Assembly (NCBI GenBank): GCA_013239625.1
Contig: MU054001.1
Location: 1,181,884 to 1,245,883 of the forward strand
Origin: Lama guanicoe
Taxonomy: Eukaryota
DNA: 64,000 bases
Direction of reading: 5' to 3'
Shown: positions 33,886 through 47,977 of the stretch, one piece after another
Layout: every line of letters starts with the position of its first letter
Position numbering within the stretch: position 1 is the first letter of the stretch
Made by a program: the position numbers and the translations under genes
Notes under the pieces: model-generated
Told to the model about the DNA's origin: nothing
Seen by the model: only the letters and a program-made list of their open reading frames with translations
Database searches by the model: none

Positions 33886-36800
33886 AACTCTGGGTACCGC
33901 CCAATGTTGCCTTGTTTCCACCAGAAAAACAAAGACAGCTAACCAAATGCAGCAAAGGCAAACAAACCTTTTGAAATGTCAACCGCCCCAAATTTCTGAA
34001 ATCCCAGAGAATGCGACGGCTGGGCCACAGCACATGGGAAGGAACGCTGGAGGTGGCGTTTGCTCCATTCTCAGACAGGGCATATAATGGGGGGTGTAAA
34101 AATGGGACTTAAAGAGGTCAAACAGCAGAACTTAGATGGACACAGAGCCTCGCCGTCCACAGCTGCCCCAGTCACTGGGCTTTCGAACCATGACAAAGCC
34201 AAGGTTTTCTAAAACTGGCATATTATTGCAGTCTGCCTGGCTGTGCTGTAACTATTTCAAGGACTATTAAATTAAACCCTGGAGACAGTTTCCCTAAAGA
34301 TAAAGAGCATGCTTTTTATTGTGCCATCAAAGGAGACCAGAAAACCTGAAGCTTTCAGCTTTAAAGACAACATAATGAGATCAGAGATTTTGCTTGCAAA
34401 GAAATTAACTTTCGGTTAATTAATGAAAGTAACCTTAAACAGCGGGCGTGTTGCCAACAACCAGGACACTATAATAAAAAGGAGGCGGGGAGATAATGGG
34501 TTGCTTTCAAGGGGCCAGGGCTCAGCAGCCCAGAAAAGAAATTTGATGAGGATGCTGCTTGTATATTTGATCTCAAATTCTTAAGATGAACAAATAATAG
34601 TCTTATCTGTAATAAAGTCTACTACAAATGCTTTCTTTTCGCCCATAATTTTCTGTTCAATTTAGATAGAAGATTTAATTAGATGTTGGTGAAACACCAG
34701 TTATTTAATAAAACCCTTAATAAAAATCTAATCTATGGTACATAGAAACCACTGAAATGTAATCACATTAAAAAAAACATTTAAGGGTATTTATTTTTTA
34801 CAATTAAGAAAATACTCGTATGTGACGTGTTTTGTTTTTAAGTTAAGGTAAAAACTAAGAAGGCAAACTCAATTTTTTAAAAAAGCCCCAAACTACAACT
34901 CTTTCCCCCTTCTCATAAAGTTTGCTTTTAAAGGTTTTCTTTTGTCAGTTGCAACCAAAAGGGGTCCTTGAGCCTGAAAATGATTCCTCCCACCTCGTAA
35001 AGTTTTTAAACTTAAAATTTGCTGACCGCGAGCAACTGACTTTTAAGGATTCCTAAAATTGTATGAGAAATAATCTGGGTCCCCAGTCCTGTTAAATCTA
35101 GGTAATCAGAAGTTTACCCTTCTGGGCTACGGGAATCCTGAAATTCCAAAAGAATATGATAAATTAATGGAGCAGGAGTGGCCCACAGCACATCCAAGGG
35201 TGATGTCAAGGACATGTCGAGTATGTGCCTAACCTCCTGTACTTCAACCAGAAACAGAATTCTGAGCTGGACATCCCGAGCGGCCCCGGTTTCACTCCAC
35301 GTGGCAATTCTTAGAGGCCCTGTTTCCTACCTAAAGCTTTTCTGTTCGTAGAAATGTTAGTTTCCATGTGAAGTTGCTCTTGCAAGTTCCCAGCCTCTGG
35401 AGCAAGAATTAAGTGGCACTGGGAGCCCGACTTTTTGAAACATTGGTGGTCTTTCTACAGGTTTACTGAAAGGAGCTGGCTGGCTTGGCGGGAGTGGCAC
35501 CACCCTTGACTCAGCAGCTCAGATTGTGTTCCCTACATGCTGTGTCCGTTTCCTCGATATTGCCTGGCTCTGATTGCAGTAATTTCTCAGATACATGGAG
35601 TTGGGGTGGGTTGAAGCTGAAGAGCTACCCAGCGTTGAGGGGCACGTAGATGCTGGTGGCAATCAGTCTATTTCCTGCTGCGTCTCTGACTGACCCAGCA
35701 CCAAAACCAACATGCCCAGGAAATGAACCCTGTGTCCTTGGCCAGGGCCACATGGCATCTCTGCTCAGGTCTGATTTGAGAAGGTCGCTGTTTAACACGT
35801 CCGGATGTTGCGATCATCCAGATTTAATCATCGGAAGCGTTCCAGCTTCCACCGCTGTATATAAATTTAAATAATGGCCCCTCCTCTCACAAAGGGAGGA
35901 ATGTCCATAGCATTTGCCCATCTGTTCGGCGAGGCTGTTCATTCTGAGTTTCTGATTAGATGTCTCTTAACTATCCGATCCATGCCACAATCTCCAAACA
36001 AGGCTGCAGCATCTGGGGGGCATTTGATGATTTATAGTGCTTGTTATTTTTGGTTCAAATCTGATTCCTCTTTGGCTATGACACCAAGGCAGGGCGTGGC
36101 CTGGACTGAACCTGGTCAGCGCTTTTCTGGATACACTGTGCCCAAGAGGCAGCCAGTGGGGGCCTAGGGGACACCCTGGGGCCACAGAGCCGCTCAACAG
36201 TGTGTCCTGATTGGGTGTCAGATTGGATTTCATTTCTGTGTCTGTACACCTGGCTCAGCCACTCACGTGAGCCCAACCCCAGACTTGGCTGAAGGACAAG
36301 AAAAGCTGGGGACCTGACACAGGGTCCCTGGAAAATGGAATGAAGACATAGTGAGAAAACTATCTGAAATAATATCTAATTGCCTCCTTTGGGAGGAGGG
36401 CGCATGGGACGGCCCCACAAACCCCTGTTCCTGTGTCTCTTTCCACTGGGTACTGATTTCTGCTGGTCACCTCCTCCCCCTGCCCCTCTTCAAGCTGGCT
36501 TCTCCTTCCTTGCAGCCTTCCCTTACCCAGGGACAAGAGACACATTCTTTTGTTGGAAAAAAAAAATGTTGATGTGCTTCCAGGTCTGAAGAGCAAAAGG
36601 GGGAAAAAGGCTCCCAGCCCCTTTTTTGGTAGGAAGCACAGAGGCAGTCTCTGAAGCTGCCTTAAACATTATAATTAGGAGACATGGGGTTCTGCTCCAC
36701 CTGTGGGTTTTACACAACATCCTGCCTCAACAGGATCTTTTGGAGCCTGTGATGCCTCCAAGCACGAGCTGTCCTTCCAGAGGGATGTTGACTTTTGTGG

Positions 36801-37194
36801 TCTATTAAGCAAGCAATGCGTAAGTCAAAGTAGATCCCTGCAGGAGAACACTGACACAAGAGCTCCGGGCCAAACTGCGCCTCAGTCAGTCCCTTCCCCC
36901 CAGGCGCTTGTTAAAGAGACGTCTCCATAATGGGACAGGGGTGATGGCAAACGCTGGTGATCCAACAATAACTCTCAGCCAGGTAACAAAAACCACCGAA
37001 TGAGTCTTGTTACCTCTGTGTTGCTGGGGAGGCCGCCAAGGCTGCTGGGTGGTGGGCCTTTTAGAGACTGACACTCAAGGCAATCCAGCTCTGATGACTT
37101 GGTGAAGCCAACAGAATCCCTTCACCACTGGCAGCTCAGCGTCAGTGCTTGAGACCCCGAGCTCTTAAGTCCTCGAGAGGCGTGGGGTGGAGTC

Positions 37195-37360
37195 CCGACT
37201 GTGCGACTGAGCTTGGGAGAATCTTGCTAAGTGTCTTTATCTGTAAGTGGGGATACACGTATCTATTTCCTGGAGCGGCTGTGAGGATTCAGTGAGGTCA
37301 CAGGTGTCAAGGGCAGAACATAATGCCTGGCACACGCCACGCACATGCCTGGTAACTACT
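37195..37360 (+). mobile_element. MIR SINE
   Basis: atctgtaagtggggata...ctgtgaggattcagtgagg...aatgcctggcaca. Confidence 0.7.
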
Positions 37361-37584
37361 CCGTCCACGACAGGCATTATTGCTGTAATATCTTCCCTGG
37401 CCCTTGGTGGCTGCAAGCTGTGACAGGTTTTGTGACACTCATTCCAGCATTGTCCTGAAGTCAAGAGTGCCTCTACTCTTCTTATAAGCATGGTGATTAA
37501 GCCTTCTCTAGAATTCCAGAGCCTGAAGACCATCCTCTGACTTGGTAGCGAGAGTCACCTGAAACATAGTTCAAGGCCCTGGCG

Positions 37585-37955
37585 CAGAGGTGACAAAATG
37601 GTGGCTCTGGGGCTACATTTTGCTCCCAGACATTTATTTTGGCCCAGCCTTGGCTTTTGTAACTTTAAAAAAAAAAAGTGAATTTGCTATTAAAAAAACA
37701 AAAGAAAAGAAATCTAGAGATTTTGCTCAACAATCCAGATTTCTGGCTCTGCTTGAAAAACCGAAAGGGCTGCTTATCTGGGTCAACATCCCTCCCCCCC
37801 CCCCCCCCCCCACCCGCCTTGATAGTAACTGGTGGGGACTGAGGAGCGACGGCCCCCTTAGACGGACACACACACTCCAGGCTGAAACCAATCCCGCCTC
37901 TCCGCGCTTGGCTTGCTTCATTCATCTCTATTACCAGGTCCTGCTCCAGTTCACT
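37585..37955 (-). mobile_element. MER102-like hAT-Charlie element containing a C18 homopolymer (37794-37811)
   Basis: cagaggtgacaaaatggtggc...aatccagatttctggctctgcttgaaaaa...ccccttagacgg...gcttcattcat. Confidence 0.72.
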
Positions 37956-38552
37956 GGGCTGAGAGAGAGCCAGCCGTGCCTGGGGCCGTTAGCCATCCGT
38001 CGGTCGTCTGTTTGGCTTCTTCCACGATGCTGCCATTTTGCTTCACTTTGGAAGGGCCTTGGTTCAGAAAAGCTGCAGGGTTGTCTCTTGAGTGGCCCCA
38101 CTCCTCAGGGGTTCCTTGGTGGCGTCTACATGCTTTTCCCAGGGTGACCACCAACTGTCAGTCTGTCCATCATTTGTGTCCATTCTCAACTTGATGGGTG
38201 TCGTTCCTTCTGTGGTGTCAGTCCTGGCTTCACTTTGAGGCCAATTCAGACCCAGAGGTTATAGGGAGATATCAGATCATAAAGCCCGAAATCAAGTTCA
38301 TTCCTGGTCTGGCCATCCTGTGCCTACGATCATTGACTATGTCAGCAGGCAATGAACTCACCAGGCTCCCATAAACACCACCTGTCCCCAGGGACATAAT
38401 TTAGCACATCTGACAGCTGAAGCAGATCCTTTTCACACCCCTCACCTCTACATCACAAAATTATTCCTAATAACAATCAGATAATAATCAGTAGTCATAA
38501 TTTTCTCAATTTAGTCTTCAGTTTAAAATGATCGATGGACAATTAAAGAATA

Positions 38553-38649
38553 GGGGTAGAGCTCAGTGGTAGAGCGCATGCTTAGCATGCTCAAGGTCCT
38601 GGGTTCAATCCCCAGCACCTCCGTTTAAAAAAAAAAAAAGAAAAAAAAG
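38553..38649 (+). mobile_element. tRNA-Ala(AGC)-derived vic-1-type SINE, short form
   Basis: ggggtagagctcagtggtagagcgcatgcttagcatgctcaaggtcctgggttcaatccccagcacctcc followed by a long A tail. Confidence 0.88.
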
Positions 38650-41600
38650 TTTTAAAAATACATTTCAACTTAGAAATGCTATTCAAACTCAGTCAAATAT
38701 TTTACGTTGGGAACTAAAATGTTCATTTGCCAAATAAAAACACTTAGCCAGAGCAGTTTGTAAACTGTCGCATCGTTCTAAATTTTAAACAAAAATAAAA
38801 ATTCCAAGCGGCCACACGGTATAGTGGAGGTGAAGGACGCCAACGGTCCTTCCTTTGTCTTAATCACGGTCTGTCACTGTTTGTTTCCAATCTACCGTTT
38901 AGATGCAGGAACACGGGGCACTGCAGTGGCTGGAGACAGACGCCACACCTAAAGCGAGGCCCAGTCAGTTCCAAATGGTAATGAACTTACTCTTGAGATG
39001 AACAGGTGCAGCGGCACCTCTGTGCGTCAGCTGCTGGCTGCGTAGCTGAGAATTCTCTGAATTGATGTCTACATGGACTACAGTGTTTATTAAAGGACAT
39101 GTTACTAAAATGTGCTAACTTGAGACTGATGGACATGAGGAAACTTGAGGGGTAATTCAGAAGTTGTATGGATGTCACGCCAATACGAGATTTTTTTTTT
39201 TTTAGAGAAGAGTATTCACTGCTACTGTTTAGACTCGACAGAGAATGGTGATAATGAAAAGCAGGCTGCTTCTTGCCCACTTTATCACTGTTTTAAAATC
39301 TTCTACAGACAACGTAGCCCCTTCTTGCCAGCAGGGAAGGGGGAAGAGAGGGAGGGTTGGGGTGGACTGTGCCCACTGCCCCACCCTTGGTACATCACTG
39401 CCTGTTTCTTAACCTGATTTCTGCTTTTCATGGTTAAGACATCTGGTCTAGTTTCTGAGCCCTTTTTGGCCTAGAACTTTGATCTGCATCTTTGATTGTC
39501 TCTTCCCAAACCCTAAATCTGGATTCTTGATCCAACTGCCTCCAGACCTTGCCTGCTTCTTCCTTCTGACTCAGTCCCCAAACCAAACCGCTTGCCAACT
39601 CGTGCCCTTGCTGCCTGCTTTTCCAGCTCACCATCCTTCCTCTTTCACAACTTCTCTGAACATGAACACCTGCCTGACTGAGGGGACTCGGTCAGCTTTC
39701 TCTCTCATTTAGCTGAACTCTTGGCCCAGATTCCAGGCTATCCCCTGGCTGCACAGATCTCCAAGTGGGAGTCATACGATAAGCATCATTCTGATGTGAA
39801 TAGCTGGGGGGTGGGTGGAGGAGGGGCAGCTAGGGATGCCCACTTGGCCTTCAGTATGACTCACCACTCACCGGGGATGCTAGAGGCACACGGCTCATGG
39901 GAATGAGTGCCTTTGGCTTACAAACGGCATCCAAGTTACCAACATCGAGGCTGAAAGCGGTGACGATGCTGCAAGTTTTGGTCTGGGTCTGGGATTTAAT
40001 GCTTTATCTGACCCCACACCATGTTTACTGCGCTTCTGACGGTGACTCCGGCATTCACAATGTCCATTTCTTGGGACAGTATACTGCCCGAGAGCAAAAT
40101 TCATGGTCTCCAGTTCTGAGATGTCAATAAAATCACCTAGCCACGTGAGGGCTTTCTCCAGTACAGTCTGATATAGAATGCTTATCTTACTCGGGCACAA
40201 CATCAGCTTTTAATATCCCACTAAATCTGCAAATCAATCCATGATTTTTAAGATTTCTCTGAGCGGCATCTTGGGTAGCCTGCAGTTCCTTTATAGAGGC
40301 TGCAGCCGTGGCTGCTCATTAACGTCCTCGGCTAATCACACATGTCAATAACCACACTGGCCTGTTACCTGAGATTGCTTTCCCCTGCTTTCGCTTCAAA
40401 ATTTGACCTGTTATTATAAGAAACAAGAGCTTTCCAAAAGGGTGCTGGTTGTGCCTCATCATTCTGGAAAACCAAGACAGAGGTTCAATACTTAATTCTA
40501 AATCCTTGGCCTCCATTATTCACACACGTGCCTTTGCTCATCCGCAGCAGGGAAGAATGACCTCAGCCTTTCATCCCATTTCAAATGAAATAACACAAAG
40601 GAAGCATTTTAAGGTGTAGTGATGATAGGCTGAATGATGACTGGATCCTATTTGGTTAGCCCCTAAAATCTAACAAAATATCAGTATCCAATCAGACATG
40701 CTGCTTAATGCCACAAGATAATTTATATACATATAATACAGATCTGGCACATACATGCATAGATACACACATCTGTCACACATACACACATGTATGTATA
40801 TAGGAAATGCACAAGACACAGGTTCAATGGGGAGTTTATATCCGTGTGAACAGTATTCAAATGATTTTTTGATATTCTTTTCCACACACACTTGCTTGGT
40901 GCAATTCAAACATTGCCCAGTTCTGTATAGCTGTTAGATGTTTCTAGGATGCTGCTCTGAAAAATCTGGGCCGCCTTCAAAGATTTTATAAAGTCTCCTT
41001 TATTCTCATAAAGAGGAGAAAGGCAGGTTAATCAACTATTGACTCCTCCGTCTCATGACTGGCATAAAGCTCGGGCTTTGGTAAATTTCCGCGTTTTAGT
41101 TACCTAACAAACATACATCAGCAGGAGGTGCAGATAAAGATCGAAAGATTAAGCTTTGTCACTCAAATGATAATTAAAAAGAGTATTTTAAACACACTGT
41201 AAATATACACAAGCCATCATAAAATCATCAAAACCCTGCCAGAGCTCACCACCTCCAGAGTATATAGATTATCAGGGAGAGGGGGATATTGATGTTAAGT
41301 CCTGCTTGTCTTGGAAGATTGTCATTAACTGTCCCAAGCCTGCACTCAGCCAGCCACCTGAGCTAGGGAAGACAGGGACTCTGCCTTCACACATTCTAGT
41401 GGCAGATTAGTGGGATTTGGGACAAGCAGTTTAATATGCATTTAATCGTGATCCTTTTCTATTCCATTCCAAGATGCTTTAAAATATATTATTCCAAGCA
41501 CTTAAAAGAAAAACAACAGAAATCGAGATTCTCTGGTCCTGCTTTAAAAGAAAAAATTTCATACACAGGAAAAATTTGGGAAAGCAGATTAATTTCTCCT

Positions 41601-42199
41601 AAACATTTCATTTATAACATGTCATAAAAAGACACACGAGCCCATGTATATTAGAAGCATGCAGTAACATCACCTTTCATAAAAAGAAAAGCTTGTCATC
41701 ACAATCTTATTAGGATGTCATGCATTGTTAAACTGGTAAAATATTTCTGTATATTCCAATTAGTGCGACCATTTACTGGCACAGACGTTACAGAGAAAAG
41801 TATCTTCTTTAAAAAAAAAAATCCTTTCCACTGGGAACGAATCCTTTGTTTGACAATTCAGAGAATGTTATTTAGAGGTTTTAATTGCTCAGTTGATCTG
41901 TGGCTGGATCTCAATAATCAAAACAATAAAATTGTTGGGTTTGTTTTTTTTTTTGACAACTGTAATAAAATGCTGGTAGTGTCCTGGGATACTTAACTTG
42001 AGCTGGATTGACACTGTCAGATTCTTTTCCATATATCTTTTTTATCAGAGGCCAACAGTCATATTTTTTTTAAAAAATTAAAACGGCACTAATAGCATGG
42101 CCACTATCAAGGTATTCCAAATGCTGCTTAATGTCTACATGAAAAATCTGATCTGATTATCTGTAACAATCTCATCTGAGCATCTATGAAAAGGGGCCA

Positions 42200-43060
42200 C
42201 AATTTTCAATTAAAAAGAAAACAATTCTTCAAATCAATTAGAAAAAGCTAAACATTTGCATAAAAATGGGCAAAAGACCTGGACAAATATTTCACAAAAG
42301 AAGAAATATAAATAGTCATTTCCATATAAGAAGATACTTGTACATCATTAGTAATCAAAAGAATGTAAATGAAATCAAGGAGATCCTTTTCCTAATCCAT
42401 CAAATTGAAAAGGTTTGCACATGCACACACACACGCACACAAACACACACACACACGCATGCACGAAATTACCAGTACTGATAAAGGTACAGGAAAACAG
42501 GCATGCTCACAGACTACTGGGGGTGGCTATACAATTGGGTCGACCTTTTGGAAGAATATTTTAGCAATACGTGTCAGAAGCCCTTACAATGTGCATATTC
42601 TTGGACTCGGTAATTCAATTGCTAGGAATTTATCCCGGGGTAATAAAATCCACATAAAATTTTGAGACAGGGATACTCATCCCAGTGTTTTATATGATAA
42701 GCAAAAGAATAGGAAACGACCTAAATGTTCAACAACAGGAGAAAAATTAAATAAACACGGTGTGGCTATACAAGGGAATTCTACTTTCTATTAACAATCA
42801 TTTTCCCAGGGAATATTTAAAGATATGAAAAACTGCTGATGCTCTAGTAAGCGAAAAGATCCTAATTTTGCTTTGAAAAGTATACATGTATATATGGATG
42901 CACACTTTGAAAAAAAATGGGGAGACAATACATTAAAAAATATTCAGAGTGGTTCTCTCAAGGTGGTGGGATTAAAAGAGACTTCTCTTTTCTGTTTTAT
43001 ACTTCTTTAAGTGTTCAAAAAACTATTTCATTGAGCACAGATTACATGTTAATTTAAAAC
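42200..43060 (+). mobile_element. Old L1 (L1ME-like) ORF2 end / 3' UTR, with imperfect (CA)n at 42424-42459
   Basis: aaaatgggcaaaagacctggacaaatatttcacaaaagaagaaatataaatag...ggaaaacaggcatgctcacagactactgg...ctaggaatttatcc...gacctaaatgttcaacaacagg. Confidence 0.8.
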
Positions 43061-46000
43061 ATGCTCATTGAAGATGCAAACTCAGAAATACTGGGTTTAT
43101 TTCAAAATGTTTCCTACCCTATTTTCAAAATAATTTACTTTATAGACAGTACACTTAGATCTAAATAAGTTTCTTCTGTTTTTAGAGAAGAGTTGGGGGT
43201 ATCCACACAATGGCAGATTTTACAGACACTTGGAAATAAGGCATCTTAAAAAGCTGACAAGGTTGGAAGTGGCCTTTAGGATGGTCAGGCCCCAGGCCTG
43301 AGAAAACAGTGTTCATTACACCATGTTAATGCACTGGACAGAATGCAGGACACCAGAACTGCGACATTTGGTGCCAAGCGAAATTGAGCACTTGGTTTGG
43401 CACAACTGGCTACCGTAACGGTTGAAAGGAGGACCACAAATGAGCAATGACTTTGCAGTTAATTTTCACTTAAAATTCTGTAATTGGGGAAATTCTTATT
43501 TTAAATACTCATATTCAAAAGAAGATTTCTTCCCAGCAACCACCCAACCCCCACCTTCTCCACACACACAGACCTTCTGACTTCCTTTCTCAGGGCCCAC
43601 AAAGCCACTGGCATGAACTTGGGGACCACACACACATTACTCAACTCCTAGGCCAAGCTTGACTATGAACATAAAGACCATTATGGCCTTGCTTAGGTGA
43701 GATGTTTCAAAGTCTTAGGGTTTTTCACTCTGAGAGTGAAAATTAATTGTTTTGCTTACAAAAGAGTCAAAGCAGAGAGACATTCTTTCATCTCTTCTAA
43801 CTTAATCTGCCTCCCATCTCTTCTACATTTTTTTCCTTTTCTGCTGGATTCCATTCAGGAAGGAAGAGATCCTGACCCTTCAGGTGACCATCTGTTCAGA
43901 TCCATTTGAAGGATGGGGAGGCAGAGAATGCATGAGGGATGGGATAGGATCTGTATGAGAGGAAGAAAAATGAATCTGGGGCAGGTGAAGGATGACTGGT
44001 TTATTGATGGAGTGCCTACTATGTGCTGAGTGCTTTATCTCAGTTGTGTATTATCTCATTTGATTTTGCATATCACAGCATACCAAACTCCAGCCTTCTA
44101 AAGTCCTGCCCCCTTCAAACTCCAGCCAGGATATAATTTCTTGGGACTGTGAATATTAAGGCATATTTCAAAACACAATATGTAAGCTCAGAGGTTTCTT
44201 CATTTTTAATACTAGGGGATGGTTTAGACCCCGTCCAGGCAGATGGTGAATGTGGCCAGCTCTTCTTCTGGAACTAAGGAGCTGGGGAGCTCCTCTAAAA
44301 CAGGAAACCCCTCGTGGCACCTGCAGCCAGTCTGGCGAGGAGGCTGATTAACGTGGGGAAGGGGCGGGGGTGGGGGGCACAAACCTACAGCCTGGACACA
44401 GGACCATGAACAGCCATCTCTGAACCAAGATTTCTGAATTCGCTTTTGTTCCAAAGCTCAAATTTCCAAATTCAGATGCAGAGCAGAGTCTGTCTTCCCC
44501 TCCCCCCTACTCAAGCCTGCCAGTTGCCCTCCCCTCCCCACCTCTGGCTCGCTAAGCGGCTTCAGTATAAATGACTAGAAGGAATGCTTTATGCTTGGCC
44601 ACCCCTCCAGCAGGAGACCACTGGCTTTCTCCGTGGTGTTCAGCGAGCCCCAGCGAGCCCCACCGAGCCACCGCCGATGCCTCATTAGAACGCAAGACAC
44701 TCCTGCCAGCCCTGGGTGCTGGATGCTAGCCGCCTGCGGTCTGCATCTGTAGTCATGACAGACGGCCCAGACTGTTGCCTTCCGCTGAAGACCAAGTACA
44801 TGATCCACTGCAGTTAATCAATAGGATAATGGAATGAATCAATAGGAAAGATTTTTAGAAGGTCTTAATTAAAGAAACACTTGCAGATACAAATGATGTC
44901 TTCAATCTATTGATAGTGCCAAGGTGAAGGGTTAAACACAAACAAAACCATCAACTTTATTTTGCCGGCATGCCTTCCACCAGAGAACAACCCAGCAGCC
45001 TCCTGGCCCCGGGGTCGGCCCATTAATCAGTCCCTTGTCAATGCCACGGCCACACTGTATGGGAAAATTAGGCTCTGATCAAAAATTTTAATTACGAAAC
45101 AGCAGCTCAAAACAACAATGAAAAATAGACCCGCACACCCTGTCTGGCCTTCCCTGGCCCCTAAAGTAGGAGCAGCATTCCCCATAAAAACCAGTTCTGC
45201 AGACAAACTCCCCTTCCGCAGAGATGCACAGAATTAGAATAATTAAAGAAAGCCTAAATTGATGGGTCCCACTTAGGCAGGGGAATTCTCCAGTGGGCCT
45301 TCTGCTCAAACATGTTACATCAATATTTCTGATTCCCTGAACGGTCCTGCACTAGGTACTGGTTTAAAGAGACATCAATCTGTGATGTCAGCATTTATCT
45401 AATGAACCTTCAAAAATCAATGTCCAGGATGGTCTGTTACATGCCGGCACCCAATTTGTCCACTCTCCTAGCCTTACTGGCTAAAACCGAGAGCTATAAT
45501 AACAGGAAACGTGGACTCCAGTGGTGGGGTGGGGTGGTTAGATCGGACAAGGCTGGGAGTAGACAATCAGTTTCAACTCTGAGAAGGCAAAGGATACTGG
45601 GACTAGACAAGGACGCTGGGAGACCCTTCCAAACTTTCCTCCTGGCTCTGGACAGGCACATCCTGAAACGATCTGCTTCTTCCGATCATTCCCCCTCAAA
45701 ACATACCTTTCCCTTAAAGTTTCCATTCCCTGTAATGTTGCCTGACAGGATTTTGGTCCCACTCCTGACAGCTGTGGTAATTTTCTGCTTTTTGGGTTAC
45801 TCGACTGGGATTCCCACTTAGCTCCACTCAACAGGAGGTCCGTGCTCAGTTCTTCTCTTGTTAGTGTTTATGCTCAACTCATCCTCACCCTTCTGTTAAG
45901 AGGACTCCTTGACACTGATATGTTGACACCCTAACAGGCAGAAGAGAGGGCCTAAGTTTGTTTCACTTCTCTTTGCCTCTTTAAAATAAATTGGCCTGTA

Positions 46001-47004
46001 CGGGCTGCCATGAGGCTGAGCTATTTCAAGTGCATAACTCAGGGTGACGGGTACGCCGTCCACCAGGCCAGGATTTGGCCTGCCTTATAATCTCTTGCTT
46101 TTATTCGCTGTAGCTCTCTCTCTCTCTGGACCGCAAGAGTCAGCCCTGAGAGCAGCATGGAGCTCGGACAGTTGGAAGATGCGTTGTGTGGGCTGAATTC
46201 GTTGGTGCACGCACGATTCCTGTCTCTCTCCGTGAATACAGCTTTCAGCAGCCCCTCGTGCCAAGTTTGAGTCCAATTAAACTACAATGAGAGGTACCAT
46301 GATTTCATTTGCTTGGATTGTCACATTTCAGAAGTTCAGTAGCCTGCAAAATGTTCGCTGTCTCTCATTAAGCCGGTTCCAGCAACTGTGTAAAGTCTCT
46401 AATTTAGCTGCTTTTTATACTCAGCTTTCAGCCCTGAAGATGACTGCCTGCAGGGAAGACTTCCTATGGCATCCGTGGTATTAGAAAGTGCTTCTGATCA
46501 TACAAATGGAATAGCCAGACTGACCCCAGGATGAAAATGAGATGACATTCTAAGGGTTCCAATTACATTCATCTAGTGTTTTCCTGGAAGAATCCTTACT
46601 TCAGAGAGGAGGGTGTGTGTGTGTGTATGTGTTTGGGGGAGGGGTACATTCGATGCTAAAGATGCTAAAGAACCATCAGTATGGTGATATTTTCAGAACC
46701 ACTAGTAAAGACCCGTAACTTTTTTTTCCTGGTATGACTGTTTATTTCTTTAAAAATTCCAACAAAAACATAAAAACCAAACTTCATTTAGATATGCTTT
46801 TAAAAATGAATTGCCTTTAAACAAAGAAATCAGGTTTGTCCTGGAAATCTGATATGTATTAGACACTGGACAGATCTCATTTGAGTCCTAATTGGGTTTC
46901 AGGGGGAAAAAAAAATCACTGCTCTGTGGACTGTGAGGATGCTAATTTCCGTTATGGCTCTGGTTTGATAAGGAAATTGCTATAGAGATGACGGTAATGA
47001 CGAT

Positions 47005-47220
47005 TACAGTTTATTGACTGACTACTAGATGCCAGGCATTATGTTAAGAGCTTCCATACAGAATCTCACTTCATTCTCTGAACAACCCATTTTCCAGATG
47101 GGGGACTGAGGTACAGAGAAAGTTAACTTGCTCAAAGTCATAGCTGGCAAGAGGCAGAACCAACAATCAAACCCAGGCTTGTCTGACTCCAAAGCCCTTC
47201 TTCCTAACCATTTTGCACTT
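47005..47220 (-). mobile_element. MIR SINE
   Basis: tttattgactgactactagatgccaggcattatgttaagagc...ccattttccagatgggggactgagg...aacccaggcttgtctgactccaaagccc. Confidence 0.8.
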
Positions 47221-47977
47221 ACGCTTCAGCGGCAAAGGCTGGCTCAAACCCCACTGGATTCGCCAAAAACAAACTGGCAGGTGCACGTCGATGAGTCATG
47301 TCTGTCCTGCTGCCCTCGGAACAGAGATTAGCACGGCCACTCAGTCAACCTCAGCCTCGGCTAGCGCGGCCACTTTGGCAGGCAGGAATCTTCTGGAGTT
47401 CCAATCCTTCTACTAACCTTTCCACTTTGAAAAGTAACACTTCTGAGCAGGGTTCCTTCTCTAATTCCCAAAGAAAATTTAGAAAATGGAGAAATGCCCA
47501 AAGAAGAAAAATTAAATACAATGCCAGCACCCAGATACAATCGCTCTTGGTGCAAATTCTCTTTTGCCCCCCCCTTTTGTTTTTGGTCTATAAAATAGGA
47601 TTTTCAGTATTATTTGCTCAGTATTTGGTGTTTTTCTCAATGAACAGATAAACCCACCCAGACTGCATGTCTGTCGTGTTCATCCTATGGATAGCTGTGT
47701 TTATAATCACTGGATTAAGTTGGTCACTCCCTGAGTGTGACCCCCTGGTTCTTTTAAATGAGCTGTCATCTCTACTGACTCTACAGATGCAAAACTTAGA
47801 ATCTTTCTTTTTGTTTTTGTTTTTTTTTTAGGCCCAGGTGCTGAGAACAGTTCCAGCTGGCTAAGAAGCGAAGGTCAGAGAGACCCGAGCTCGCCAGACC
47901 CTGAATCCCAGAAGCTTAAAACATCATCAGAGTTTCTCCTACCAGCTCAGGGACCTATGGCTCTTTTAGTAGTCCTT

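Noticed and set aside
37590..38147. Longest ORF in the track (185 aa)
   Set aside because: Runs through a MER102 remnant and homopolymers (poly-K, poly-P), has a non-ATG start, and resembles no protein I recognise.
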